From the NCBI GenBank assembly GCA_963813335.1, contig CAWEYL010000003.1, positions 574,372-638,371 of the forward strand: a DNA stretch of 64,000 nucleotides, in the 5' to 3' direction. The position numbers were made by a program, and so were the translations under genes. The DNA comes from an uncultured Chloroflexia bacterium. GTDB taxonomy: Bacteria; Chloroflexota; Limnocylindria; Limnocylindrales; CSP1-4. The notes under the pieces were generated by a model. It saw only the letters and a program-made list of their open reading frames with translations. It ran no database searches and had not been told where the DNA came from. Every line of letters starts with the position of its first letter. Within the stretch, counting starts at the first letter, position 1. Shown here piece after piece: positions 1-9,369 of the stretch.

Positions 1-3000
1 ACGACGATTCGCCCGCGCCCCTGAACCTCGCCGCGCAGCGCGGCCTGTCGAACGTGATGCTCGACCTGATCGCGAGCCTCCCACGCGACGCCCAGACGGT
101 CGGCATGACCGCGCTGCGCGAGCGGCATGTCACGGTCCTCGCCGGCGAGCTCGAAGGGACGGTCCCGCGCCTCCAGCGGATGTACCGCGCCGAGGGCATC
201 CGCTCGATGTGCTTTGTGCCGATCGTCTTCCGGGACGAGGTCCTCGGGCTGCTCGTCCTGTACCACCGGACGGACTACGAGTGGTCCGACGACGAGACCG
301 ATCTCGCCCGCTCGTTCGGCGATCACATCGCCGTTGCGATGCAGAACGCCAGGCTGGCCGAGTCCTCGCATGCCCTCGCCGAACGCCTCGGCGCCATCTC
401 CGAGCTGGCCGTCCGGCTCAACCGGATCCACGACATCGACGGCATCGCGGCGTCCATCGTCGGCGAGGCCGGCCGGCTCATCGACCACGACACCATCCGC
501 GTCTACCGCGTCGACCACGCGGCCGGCGTCTGCGAGCCGATCGCCTTCCAGGGCACGTTCCTCGGCAGCAGCGACCCCGATCCCGACACCCTCCGCGTCG
601 CGATCGGCGAGGGCCTGACCGGGTGGGTCGCGGAGCACAACCAGACGGTCCGCTCGGGCGATGCCGGCGCTGACCCGCGCGGCGTGGTCATGGGCTCCAA
701 CGATGAGCCCGAATCGATGCTCATCGTGCCGATGGCCTTCGAGGACGTCGTGCACGGCGTGGTCGTCGTCTCGAAACGCGGTCGCGACCGCTTCGACGCC
801 GACGACGAGACCACCTTCGGGATCTTCGCGAGCTATGCGGCCCAGGCCCTGGTCAACGCCTCGAACGTGGGCCGCCTCAAGCTCCAGCAGGCCGAGCTGC
901 ACCACCAGCTCGCCAGCCAGCGCCGGCTGCTGGAGGTCAACGAGCGGCTGCTGTCGACGCTCGAGCCGAACAGCGTCCTCGACCTGATCGCCGATTCGCT
1001 GAAGGTGATCGTCCCGTACGACACGCTGACCATCTACCGCGTCGACCGGGTCGCCGGCGTCCGCCGCGCGGTGATCGCCCGCGACCGCTTCGCCGACCTG
1101 ATCCTCGCCCACGAGAGCCCGCTCGGCGTCGGGATCAGCGGTTGGGTCGTCGACCACGGTGAGGCCGTGCTGGCCAACGAGGCGCACCTCGATCCCCGCT
1201 CCGTCCAGGTGCCTGGGACCCCGTTCGAGCCGGAGTCGATGATCGTGGTCCCGCTGCTCGTCGGCGGCGAGGCCATCGGCACGCTCAACATCGGCCGGAT
1301 GGGCGAGGCGGAGGCGTTCTTCAGCGCCAACGAGTTCGACCTGACGAAGCTCTTCGCCGGGCAGGCCTCCATCGCGCTCCAGAATGCCGAGGCGCACGGC
1401 GAGGTGCGGGTCCGGGCGGAGCACGACGCCCTCACCGGCATCCGCAACCACGGCGCCTTCCAGGCCGACCTCGGCGACGCCGTGCGGGCGGGCGGCAGCG
1501 GCGGGCCGTTCGCGGTGCTGATGATGGACCTCGATGCGTTCAAGGCCTTCAACGACACGCGCGGGCACCCCGCCGGGGACGCGCTGCTGACCGGCATCGC
1601 CCGGGTGATGAGCGCCGCCGTCCGCGACGGCGACCGCATCTACCGCTACGGCGGCGACGAGTTCGCGGCGATCCTGCCGGGCGCCGACCGGGTGGCGGCC
1701 CACGAGATCGCCGAGCGGCTGCGCCGCACGGTCGCCGACCTGTCGCGTGGCACGCCGACGGTCTCGATCAGTGTCGGCGTCTCCTGCTACCCCGACGACG
1801 GCCGCTCGAAGGACGCGCTGGTCGCGGTGGCCGACCGGGCGATGTACCTCGCCAAGCCCACGGCGCCTGTCTCCGACGGCGCGGGCAGCAGCGACGACCC
1901 GTACCTGCGCGCGCTCGACGAGACGGCCCTCGCCCTGCTCGACCGGCGCGACGCCGCGATGCTCCTCGAGACGATCCTGACCCGCGCCTGCTCGCTGCTG
2001 GGCACCCCGCACGGGTACATCTTCCTGGCCGAGCCGGGCGGCGGGGAACTGGACCTCCGCCACGGTTCCGGGCTGTTCGCCCAGGGCGTCGGCCACCGAC
2101 AGCCGGTCGACAAGGGGATCGGCGGCCAGGTCTTCCTCACCGGCCAGCCGGTCACCGTGGACGACTACGACGCCTGGGCTCGACGCGCCGGGATCGTGCC
2201 GAACGGCATGCTGAGCGCAGTCGTGGGTGTGCCCCTCTTCTCGGGCGACGAGGTCGTCGGGGTCATCGGCCTGGCGTCCAGCGCCACCGATCGCACCTTC
2301 GGCCCGCGCGATGTGGCCGCCCTGACGCGGTTCGCCCAGCTGGCCTCGATCGCCATCGACAACGCCCGCCTCGTCGACGTCGCGGAACGAGGCGCCCTGT
2401 ACGACCCCACGACCGGCCTGCCGAACCGCGAGCTGCTGACCGACCGGATCGCCCACGCGCTCTCGCGCGTCCGCCCGGACGATGCCGGCCCGATCGCGGT
2501 GATCATGCTCGACCTCGACCGGTTCAAGGTCATCAACGAGAGCGTCGGCCACGCGGTCGGCGACCGGCTGCTCATCGCCGTGGGCCAGCGGCTCGCCGCG
2601 TGCCTGCGGCCCGGCGACACGGTCGCGCGCTTCGGCGGCGACGAGTTCGGGATCATCCTCGACCCGGTCACGGACGAGGGCGAGGCGCGGCGGATCGCCC
2701 AGGTGATCTCGTCGGAGCTGCGGGCGCCGTTCTCGCTGAGCGGCCGCGAGTGGTTCATCAGCGCCTCGATCGGCATCGCCCTCGGCGAACCGGGCCGGGT
2801 CACGCCGGACGAGCTGCTGCGCGAGGCCGAGGTCGCGATGGTCCGGGCCAAGAGCGATCCGGCCGGGCAGTTCGCGCTCTTCGATCCGTCGATGAGCGCC
2901 CAGACGCTGGAGCGCCTCGACCTCGAGAGCGACCTGCGACGTGCGCTCGAGCGCGACGAGCTGCGCGCCCACTACCAGCCGATCGTGGACCTGAGGACCG

Positions 3001-3716
3001 ACCGGATCGTCGGCTTCGAGGCGCTGGTGCGCTGGCAGCACCCCAAGCGCGGGCTGGTCCCGCCGCTGTCGTTCATCGGCCTCGCCGAGGAGACCGGCCT
3101 GATCGCGCCGCTGGGCCGCTGGGTCCTCCAGACGGCATGCCGCCAGGCGGCGGCGTGGCAGGCCCTCGCGCCGAGCGAGGCCCCGCTCGTCATGTCCGTC
3201 AACCTGTCGGCCCGGCAGTTCACCCAGCCCGACCTCGTCGACGAGATCGCCGAGATCCTCGCTGCGACCAGCCTGGAGCCCTCGTCGCTGGAGCTCGAGA
3301 TCACCGAATCGGTCGTGATGGACCAGTCCGAGGTCGGCGTGCGGGCGCTCGGTCGGTTGCGCGAGCTCGGCGTGCGCCTGGTCCTCGACGACTTCGGGAC
3401 CGGCTACTCGTCCCTGTCCTACCTGAAGCACCTGCCGCTCGACACCATCAAGATCGACCGCTCGTTCGTGGCCGGGCTGGAGGCGACCGCGGATCGTTCG
3501 ATCGTGGAAGCGGTCATCGCGCTCGCCCACGGCCTCGGCATCGGCGTCGTCGCCGAGGGCATCGAGACCGACGCGCAGCGCCGCCGGCTCATCGAGCTGG
3601 GCTGCGACCTCGGGCAGGGCTACCTGTTCTCCCGCCCGGTCCCCGCGAAGGACGCCGGACGGCTGCTGAAGCGGCGGACCCCGATCCGCCCGCGACGCCG
3701 CGCGGGCGACGCCTGA
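1..3716 (+). CDS. Multi-GAF diguanylate cyclase/phosphodiesterase (GAFs-GGDEF-GAF-GGDEF-EAL), 5' end outside window
   Basis: YRYGGDEF and ARFGGDEF motifs, FEALVRW and DDFGTGYSSL EAL motifs, repeated GAF segments; frame stays open to the window start. Confidence 0.93.
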   Translation, partial: DDSPAPLNLAAQRGLSNVMLDLIASLPRDAQTVGMTALRERHVTVLAGELEGTVPRLQRMYRAEGIRSMCFVPIVFRDEVLGLLVLYHRTDYEWSDDETDLARSFGDHIAVAMQNARLAESSHALAERLGAISELAVRLNRIHDIDGIAASIVGEAGRLIDHDTIRVYRVDHAAGVCEPIAFQGTFLGSSDPDPDTLRVAIGEGLTGWVAEHNQTVRSGDAGADPRGVVMGSNDEPESMLIVPMAFEDVVHGVVVVSKRGRDRFDADDETTFGIFASYAAQALVNASNVGRLKLQQAELHHQLASQRRLLEVNERLLSTLEPNSVLDLIADSLKVIVPYDTLTIYRVDRVAGVRRAVIARDRFADLILAHESPLGVGISGWVVDHGEAVLANEAHLDPRSVQVPGTPFEPESMIVVPLLVGGEAIGTLNIGRMGEAEAFFSANEFDLTKLFAGQASIALQNAEAHGEVRVRAEHDALTGIRNHGAFQADLGDAVRAGGSGGPFAVLMMDLDAFKAFNDTRGHPAGDALLTGIARVMSAAVRDGDRIYRYGGDEFAAILPGADRVAAHEIAERLRRTVADLSRGTPTVSISVGVSCYPDDGRSKDALVAVADRAMYLAKPTAPVSDGAGSSDDPYLRALDETALALLDRRDAAMLLETILTRACSLLGTPHGYIFLAEPGGGELDLRHGSGLFAQGVGHRQPVDKGIGGQVFLTGQPVTVDDYDAWARRAGIVPNGMLSAVVGVPLFSGDEVVGVIGLASSATDRTFGPRDVAALTRFAQLASIAIDNARLVDVAERGALYDPTTGLPNRELLTDRIAHALSRVRPDDAGPIAVIMLDLDRFKVINESVGHAVGDRLLIAVGQRLAACLRPGDTVARFGGDEFGIILDPVTDEGEARRIAQVISSELRAPFSLSGREWFISASIGIALGEPGRVTPDELLREAEVAMVRAKSDPAGQFALFDPSMSAQTLERLDLESDLRRALERDELRAHYQPIVDLRTDRIVGFEALVRWQHPKRGLVPPLSFIGLAEETGLIAPLGRWVLQTACRQAAAWQALAPSEAPLVMSVNLSARQFTQPDLVDEIAEILAATSLEPSSLELEITESVVMDQSEVGVRALGRLRELGVRLVLDDFGTGYSSLSYLKHLPLDTIKIDRSFVAGLEATADRSIVEAVIALAHGLGIGVVAEGIETDAQRRRLIELGCDLGQGYLFSRPVPAKDAGRLLKRRTPIRPRRRAGDA

Positions 3717-3720
3717 TCCG

Positions 3721-4467
3721 CTAGCGCTGGCTGCCGGTCAGGCGCAGGAAGAACAGGAACAGGTTGATGAAGTCCAGGTAGAGGAGCAGGGCGCCGATGA
3801 CGGCCCCCTTCTCCATGGAACCGGTCGCGGCCGCGAGGGCGCCGTCCTGGATCTTCTGGACATGGAAGGCGGTCAGCCCGGTGAACAGCACGACGCCGAC
3901 GATCGAGATCACCCACGAGAGCCCGTCGTTGTGCAGGAAGATGTTCAGCAGCGACGCGACCAGGATCCCGATCACGCCCATGAACAGGATCCCGCCGATC
4001 CGATCGAGCGAGCGCTTCGTCGTGGCGCCGTAGAGGGCGGCGGCGCCGAACATCGCGGCGGCGCTGACGAAGGCCGTGGCGACCGACGCGGACGTATAGG
4101 CGAAGACGATCGCGCCGATCGTGATGCCGAGGGTCGCCGCATACACGAAGAACAGCCCGAGGGCCGCGCTCGCACTGATCCGGTTGATCGCCGCCGAGAT
4201 CGCCAGCACGATCCCGATCTGGATCAGGAACAGGATGAAGAAGCTGTCGTAGGCGAACGCGAGGATCCGCTCGTTCGACTGGACGAGATAGGCGACGCCC
4301 GCCGTGACCAGCAGGCCGGCGAACATCCAGAGGAAGGCGTGACTGAGGAACGCGGCCTGCAGCCGGGCATCTGGCTTGACGCCGAGCTGGGCCGGCGATG
4401 CGTACGGGGTGGCCGGGGTCGAAGACGCGTACGGGGTGTTCGGGTTCGGGTTCGGGTTCTGGTTCAT
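3721..4467 (-). CDS. Bax inhibitor-1/YccA family membrane protein
   Basis: ~7 hydrophobic helices, C-terminal GALLLYLDFINLFLFFLRL signature. Confidence 0.92.
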   Translation of the reverse strand: MNQNPNPNPNTPYASSTPATPYASPAQLGVKPDARLQAAFLSHAFLWMFAGLLVTAGVAYLVQSNERILAFAYDSFFILFLIQIGIVLAISAAINRISASAALGLFFVYAATLGITIGAIVFAYTSASVATAFVSAAAMFGAAALYGATTKRSLDRIGGILFMGVIGILVASLLNIFLHNDGLSWVISIVGVVLFTGLTAFHVQKIQDGALAAATGSMEKGAVIGALLLYLDFINLFLFFLRLTGSQR

Positions 4468-4556
4468 CGCTCGTTCGGCTCCTTGTCAGTCGTTCGTGCG
4501 GCTGATCGAGTCATCTCAACGTACCACGAGGTGTCACGAGGGCTGCCAGACCGCGA

Positions 4557-4886
4557 TCACCACATCAGCCCGGCGTCGCGCGGGTCCCAGCGCTCGGCCA
4601 GCAGCGTCACCTTCACGTCGTGCTCGACGACGGTCTCCGCCTGCTCCTTGACCTGCGCGATCATCGAGCCGGCGTAGGGGCAGAACGGCGTGGTCAGGAT
4701 CATCTTGATCTCGGTCGAGTCGGGACCGAGCAGGATCTGCTTGATCAGCGCAAGCTCGACGACGTTCATCCCGATCTCGGGGTCGACGACACCGCGCAGG
4801 GCGTCGAGGATGGCGAGCTCGGTCGCGCGGCGCGCCGGATCGAAGGCTGCCGCGGCGTCGGTCTGGGAGGTCGTGGTGTCGGTCAT
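4557..4886 (-). CDS. Metal-sulfur cluster assembly factor (DUF59/SufT-like)
   Basis: LRGVVDPEIGMNVVELAL and LTTPFCP motifs. Confidence 0.88.
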   Translation of the reverse strand: MTDTTTSQTDAAAAFDPARRATELAILDALRGVVDPEIGMNVVELALIKQILLGPDSTEIKMILTTPFCPYAGSMIAQVKEQAETVVEHDVKVTLLAERWDPRDAGLMW

Positions 4887-4959
4887 GCGGTCGTCCGTGC
4901 TCCGGGATGCGGAGCAAGAGCGTATCACCAGCTCGTGAAAGCGCCCTTGCGAGAGCCGG

Positions 4960-5301
4960 TCAGGCGGTTGCGGGCTCCGCGTCCGCGGCGGCCTTGAGCA
5001 CGATCCCCGCGCGGCGGTACTGGGCCGGCAGGCCGGCCGCCTCCGCTTCGGAATAGCCGGGACCGGTCAGGGAGCCGTCGGCCTCGAAGAAGTCCGCGTA
5101 GCGCTCGCGGTGGTCGGCGGCGTACGTGAACGCGGCGGCGATCCCCAGGCGGCGCAGCTCCGGATGGTCGTTGAGGATCCGGGCCAGGTCGTAGCCGTTG
5201 GCGCGCAGCTCGAGGAGCTGTCGGACGGTCAGGCGCGATCCATAGCAGAACGGCTCGCCATTGAGCACGAGGGGGTCCTGCTGCACCCACTTGACGGTCA
5301 T
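4960..5301 (-). CDS. DUF433 domain protein
   Basis: DPLVLNGEPFCYGSRLTVRQLLE...ILNDHPEL pattern; real start is ATG 5301 inside a longer ORF call. Confidence 0.75.
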   Translation of the reverse strand: MTVKWVQQDPLVLNGEPFCYGSRLTVRQLLELRANGYDLARILNDHPELRRLGIAAAFTYAADHRERYADFFEADGSLTGPGYSEAEAAGLPAQYRRAGIVLKAAADAEPATA

Positions 5302-5309
5302 CGCCCGCC

Positions 5310-5792
5310 TCAGCCGCCCTTGTAGAGGAACTGCAGGAAGGCGTTCTTCTTGCGCGCATCGCCCGCCAGGCGGCGGTGCCACTCGTACGCCCGGATCGCC
5401 TCGTCGAGCGCGGCATCGGCGGGGGGCATCTCGCCCGGGGCCAGCACGCCCGGGAGCGCGGCGCGCAGGCCCTCGCACAGCGCGACCAGGTCGTCCATCG
5501 AGACCTTGCGGCGCCGGTACAGGGCGGACGTGTACTCGCCGTAGGCGTGGGCGGGCGCGGGGTCGTCCGCGGCGACGCACAGGGCGACGCGCTCCGCGAG
5601 CAGGCTCGCGTCGTGCAGCAGCAGGCGGAGCCCGGCCTCGTCGTAGCGCTCGCGCATGCCGGGTGTGGCGTCGAGGGCCACCTCGAGGGCGCGCGCGCCC
5701 AATCGGTCCTGGTTGGCGCGGATGCGCTCGGCCGCGGCGGGGAAGCCGCGGGTGAGGTCGAGAGGCGGACGCCCCAGGCTGTAGTGGCTCAC
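5310..5792 (-). CDS. Hypothetical all-helical protein, globin/phycobiliprotein-like sensor fold suspected
   Basis: Good codon usage; RERY..GLRLLLHDASLLAERVALCVAADDP..LYRRRKV pattern. Confidence 0.6.
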   Translation of the reverse strand: MSHYSLGRPPLDLTRGFPAAAERIRANQDRLGARALEVALDATPGMRERYDEAGLRLLLHDASLLAERVALCVAADDPAPAHAYGEYTSALYRRRKVSMDDLVALCEGLRAALPGVLAPGEMPPADAALDEAIRAYEWHRRLAGDARKKNAFLQFLYKGG

Positions 5793-5820
5793 GCCCGAAG
5801 TCTAGCGTGCGGCGACTACG

Positions 5821-6324
5821 ATGGGCGGGATGGACGACCCCGCCCCCGAAGCCCCGACGGGCGCGCCCGCGCCGACGCCCGGCGAGCGCCGGCTCGCCCA
5901 CCCACCCTCGGACCGCTACCGGACGGCCGAGCCGGCCGCAGCGTCGCCACGGGCCGGTTCCGCGGGGCGCGCGGCCGCCTTCGGGGTCATCGCCGCGATC
6001 GGCGGGGCCGCCGCGATCGTGCTGCTCGGCGGTGTCCTGGCCATGAGCGCACCGCTGCTCGTCGTGGCGCCAGTCGCCGGGTGGGCGGTGGCCTGGGCGC
6101 TCAAGCTCGGGGCACAGGGGAGCGTGGCGCCGGCACGGCTGGCGCTCGTGGCGCTGCTCCTTGCCGTCGGGGCGGTGCTGCTCGGCCAGGTCGGGCTGTG
6201 GCTCTACGCCCGGATTGAGGGCGGGGTCCTGCCGTTCGCGGACTACCTCGGCGAGGTCTACGGCGTCCTGGTGCCGCTCCAGTTCCTCTTCGCGGCCCCT
6301 GTGGCCTGGGCTACGGCGCGGTGA
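5821..6324 (+). CDS. Hypothetical membrane protein
   Basis: ~4 hydrophobic segments; GTGA overlap with the next gene. Confidence 0.7.
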   Translation: MGGMDDPAPEAPTGAPAPTPGERRLAHPPSDRYRTAEPAAASPRAGSAGRAAAFGVIAAIGGAAAIVLLGGVLAMSAPLLVVAPVAGWAVAWALKLGAQGSVAPARLALVALLLAVGAVLLGQVGLWLYARIEGGVLPFADYLGEVYGVLVPLQFLFAAPVAWATAR

Positions 6325-6836
6325 GCGACGAGCTGCGCTTCCGCCGGCCGACGCCCGACGACCATCGGACGATCGTCGCGGTCGTCGACGACTGGTGGGG
6401 CGGCGACCGGACGGTCGCGATGCTGCTGCCGCGCCTGTGGTTCGACCATTTCGCCGGGACGTCGTGGGTGGTGGAGTCCGGCGACCGGCGGCTCGAGGGG
6501 TTCCTGGTCGGCTTCATCAGCCCGGACGATCCGGCCACCGCATACATCCACATGGTCGGCACGAACCCGAACCGGCGCCGCGCCGGGTTGGGCCGTCGGC
6601 TCTACGAGCGCTTCTTCGACGATGCGGCGGCTCGCGGCGCCCGGCGGGTCTCCGCCGTGACCTGGCCCGGCAACCGGGTCTCGGTGGCGTTCCACATCGC
6701 CATGGGCTTCCGCCCCGACGACGGCCCGGGCACGCAGCGGCTCTACGGGACGCCGGCCTACGCCGACTTCGACGGCGACGGCGCGGACCGGGTCCGCTTC
6801 AGCCGGGATCTGGCGCCCCGACCGCCGACGGCGTGA
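6321..6836 (+). CDS. GNAT family N-acetyltransferase
   Basis: YIHMVGTNPNRRRAGLGRRLY acetyl-CoA motif A; N..S..FH..MGF motif B. Confidence 0.9.
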   Translation: MSDELRFRRPTPDDHRTIVAVVDDWWGGDRTVAMLLPRLWFDHFAGTSWVVESGDRRLEGFLVGFISPDDPATAYIHMVGTNPNRRRAGLGRRLYERFFDDAAARGARRVSAVTWPGNRVSVAFHIAMGFRPDDGPGTQRLYGTPAYADFDGDGADRVRFSRDLAPRPPTA

Positions 6837-8112
6837 GCTGCTCGCGCAGGAGGCGCCCGAAGCGCGCCGCCTGGTCCGCGGGCGGCACCGCGTCGACCCA
6901 GCGACGGAGCAGCGCCTCGCCCTCCGCGTAGACGAAGACATAGGTCCGCCACAGCGGGTGCTCGATGAACTCGAGCCGCTTCGCGGCGGTGTCGGGCGCC
7001 ATCCGCCCGACGGTCTGCAGGTAGTCCAGCACCTCGGCGTGGGTCCGGCCGTCGGCGTGGCGCAGGATCGCCGCGTTGCCGCGGATGGCCGACAGCGCCC
7101 GCCGGGCGGACGTGAGGGCCACGGTCCGCTCCGCGGCCTCGCGGGCCGCAGCCGGATCGGCGGCGATCGGCAGCGCGGCGCGCTCGTACAGCTCGACCAG
7201 CAGGCCGGCCCGCTCGTCGTCCGGGACCGCGTAGCCGATCCCGAGGTCGGCCAGGCCCTCGCTGATCAGGCACTCGGGCGTGTTGATCAGCAGGATGGAG
7301 GCCTCGAGGCGGCCCAGCCCGTCGACAAGGGCCGCCTCCTTCCAGGCGTGCTCGAGGTGGTGGCCCGGATAGGTCTCGTGGGCGACGGTGTCGACCAGCG
7401 CCGACGCGCGGATCGGCAGGTCGGTGTTGATGTCGACCCGCGATCGCCGCCCGCCGTCGAACCAGTTGTAGCCCGACCACGGCTGGTCGCGGACCAGCGA
7501 CACCCGCAGGTCCTCGCCGTCGGGCAACCCGAAGGTCGTCGCGGCACGAGCGCGGAAGCGGGCCACGAGCCAGTCCAGGACCGCCGGTAGCCGGTCGACG
7601 GCGATCTCGAACCGGCGGTCCCACGCCTCGAGGCGCTCGGTCAGGGTCGCGTCGCCGGGGAGCAGCCGATCGATGGCCGCGGCCGCGTCGTCGAACTCGG
7701 TGTCGGGCCGGCGCGGTGGCCGGAACGCGAAGCAGCACTCCACGTGGTCCAGGTACGGCAGCGGCTCGCCGGCCAGGGCTGCGGCCTGGATCTCGAGCGC
7801 CACGAGCTGCGCGTCCAGCCACGTCCGCCGGTCGTCGTCCGCGACCTCGGCGGCCAGCCGGTCCCGCAGCGCGACCGCGTCGTCGCGCAGTCGCGCCGGC
7901 GGGCGGCCCTGCTCCATGTCGACCGTCGCCTTGAGGTTCGCCGGGCCGAAGTAGCCATCGACGAGCCCGGGGATCCGCTGGTCGAGCCGCAGCGCGAGCA
8001 GCAGGTAGTCATGGGCGACAGGGTCGGGCGGCGGGACCGACCGCGTCCCGCCCATCGCCGACACGCGGGCGGCGTCGGCCGAGCGGGCGGCGTCCGGTGG
8101 CCGGTCAGGCAT
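6799..8112 (-). CDS. DUF885-like zinc metalloprotein
   Basis: HETYPGHHLE and SEGLA motifs; start overlaps the upstream stop. Confidence 0.7.
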   Translation of the reverse strand: MPDRPPDAARSADAARVSAMGGTRSVPPPDPVAHDYLLLALRLDQRIPGLVDGYFGPANLKATVDMEQGRPPARLRDDAVALRDRLAAEVADDDRRTWLDAQLVALEIQAAALAGEPLPYLDHVECCFAFRPPRRPDTEFDDAAAAIDRLLPGDATLTERLEAWDRRFEIAVDRLPAVLDWLVARFRARAATTFGLPDGEDLRVSLVRDQPWSGYNWFDGGRRSRVDINTDLPIRASALVDTVAHETYPGHHLEHAWKEAALVDGLGRLEASILLINTPECLISEGLADLGIGYAVPDDERAGLLVELYERAALPIAADPAAAREAAERTVALTSARRALSAIRGNAAILRHADGRTHAEVLDYLQTVGRMAPDTAAKRLEFIEHPLWRTYVFVYAEGEALLRRWVDAVPPADQAARFGRLLREQLTPSAVGAPDPG

Positions 8113-8452
8113 CGCCCGCACCCAGCCCGCCGGTCTCCCCCGCGAACGGCATGTGCTGGCGCTCCACGGCGTCGAGGCTCATCCGCAGCGCGGCGGTCTT
8201 CTGCTCCGCGACCTCGCGGACGTAGGCGGCCTCCTCCTCGGCGGTCATCGGGCGGCCGCGAACGATCCCCTTGGGCTTGCCGACCATCAGCCACGAGAGG
8301 TGGTAGCGGTCCATGGTCCCCCAGGCCGTGGACAGCAGGTCGTCCGAGTGCTGCAGCCAGACGCGTAGCGAGCCCATCGATGGGTCCGCCTGGAGGCGAT
8401 CGCCCTCGTCGACCAGCTGGCGCGTCCGCCGGATCAATTCGTCGCGGGTCAT
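8105..8452 (-). CDS. Hypothetical protein
   Basis: MTRDELIRRTRQLVDEG..., ATGA-coupled to the upstream aminotransferase; protein-like composition. Confidence 0.7.
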   Translation of the reverse strand: MTRDELIRRTRQLVDEGDRLQADPSMGSLRVWLQHSDDLLSTAWGTMDRYHLSWLMVGKPKGIVRGRPMTAEEEAAYVREVAEQKTAALRMSLDAVERQHMPFAGETGGLGAGDA

Positions 8453-9367
8453 CCGCCGTCGGTCGTCCGGCCCGCGATGAGCGCCTCGCGGTCGGCCCGG
8501 GCGCGGGCGGACCACGGCCCCGGGCGCCCGCTCCCGATCGGCGCCCCGGCGAAGCGGGTGACCGGCAGGACGCCCGCGACGCTCGACGAGATGAACGCCT
8601 CGTCGGCGGCCGCCAGGTCGGCCGGGAGCAGCCGCCCTTCGAGCACGCGCAGCCCGACCCGTTCGCCCCACGCGAGCAGCCACGAGCGCGTCGTGCCCGG
8701 CAGGATGGCGCAGTCGAGCGACGGTGTCGCCAGCTCCGTGGCCCCGTCCGCCGCCCGGCGGACCAGGAAGATGTTGGCGGTCGTGGCCTCCGAGAGGTGC
8801 CCGTCGATGGTCAGGAACAGGGCGTCGTCGGCGCCGGCGCGGCGGGCCTCGACCCGCGCGTAGACGTAGTCGGCACGCGACGTCGTCTTGAGCGCGGCGA
8901 GGGGGTTCTCGGGATCGCGCCGCACGGCCGAGGCCACGAGGTGGAGGCCCCTGGGCGAGGTGGTCCGCCGCCGGCGGGACGACCGGCCAGGCCTGGATGG
9001 CGATCGTGGCCGGGACCGCCTCGCCGGACGGGAGCAGCCCGCGGGTCCGGACCGGGCCGCGCGACACCGTGATACGGAGCGAGGCGTCGCCGTCCGGCCC
9101 GGCGAGCCCCTCGGCGGCCAGGAGGTCGGCGATCCCCGTCGCGATCAGCGCATCGAGGTCGGCGGGCAGGGCGATCGCGAGGCCGGCGGCGGAGCGGCGC
9201 AGCCGGGCGAGGTGCTCGGGCAGCTCGGTCGTCCGACCGGCCCGGGCGCGCAGGGTCTCGAAGATGCCGTCGCCCAGCTGGAAGCCGCGGTCGAAGACCG
9301 ACAGGTGGGGACCGTCCGCGGGCAGCAGCCGGCCGTCCACCCAGACGTGGTCGGGTCCCGGGGCCAT
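8449..9367 (-). CDS. Class IV aminotransferase / aminodeoxychorismate lyase (apparent frameshift ~8950)
   Basis: DRGFQLGDGIFETLR, LKTTSRAD, EATTANIF, ILPGTTR motifs split over two frames. Confidence 0.85.
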
Positions 9368-9369
9368 GG

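Noticed and set aside
4436-4465. (GGGTTC)n microsatellite
   Set aside because: Encodes the NPNPNP N-terminus of the BI-1 protein
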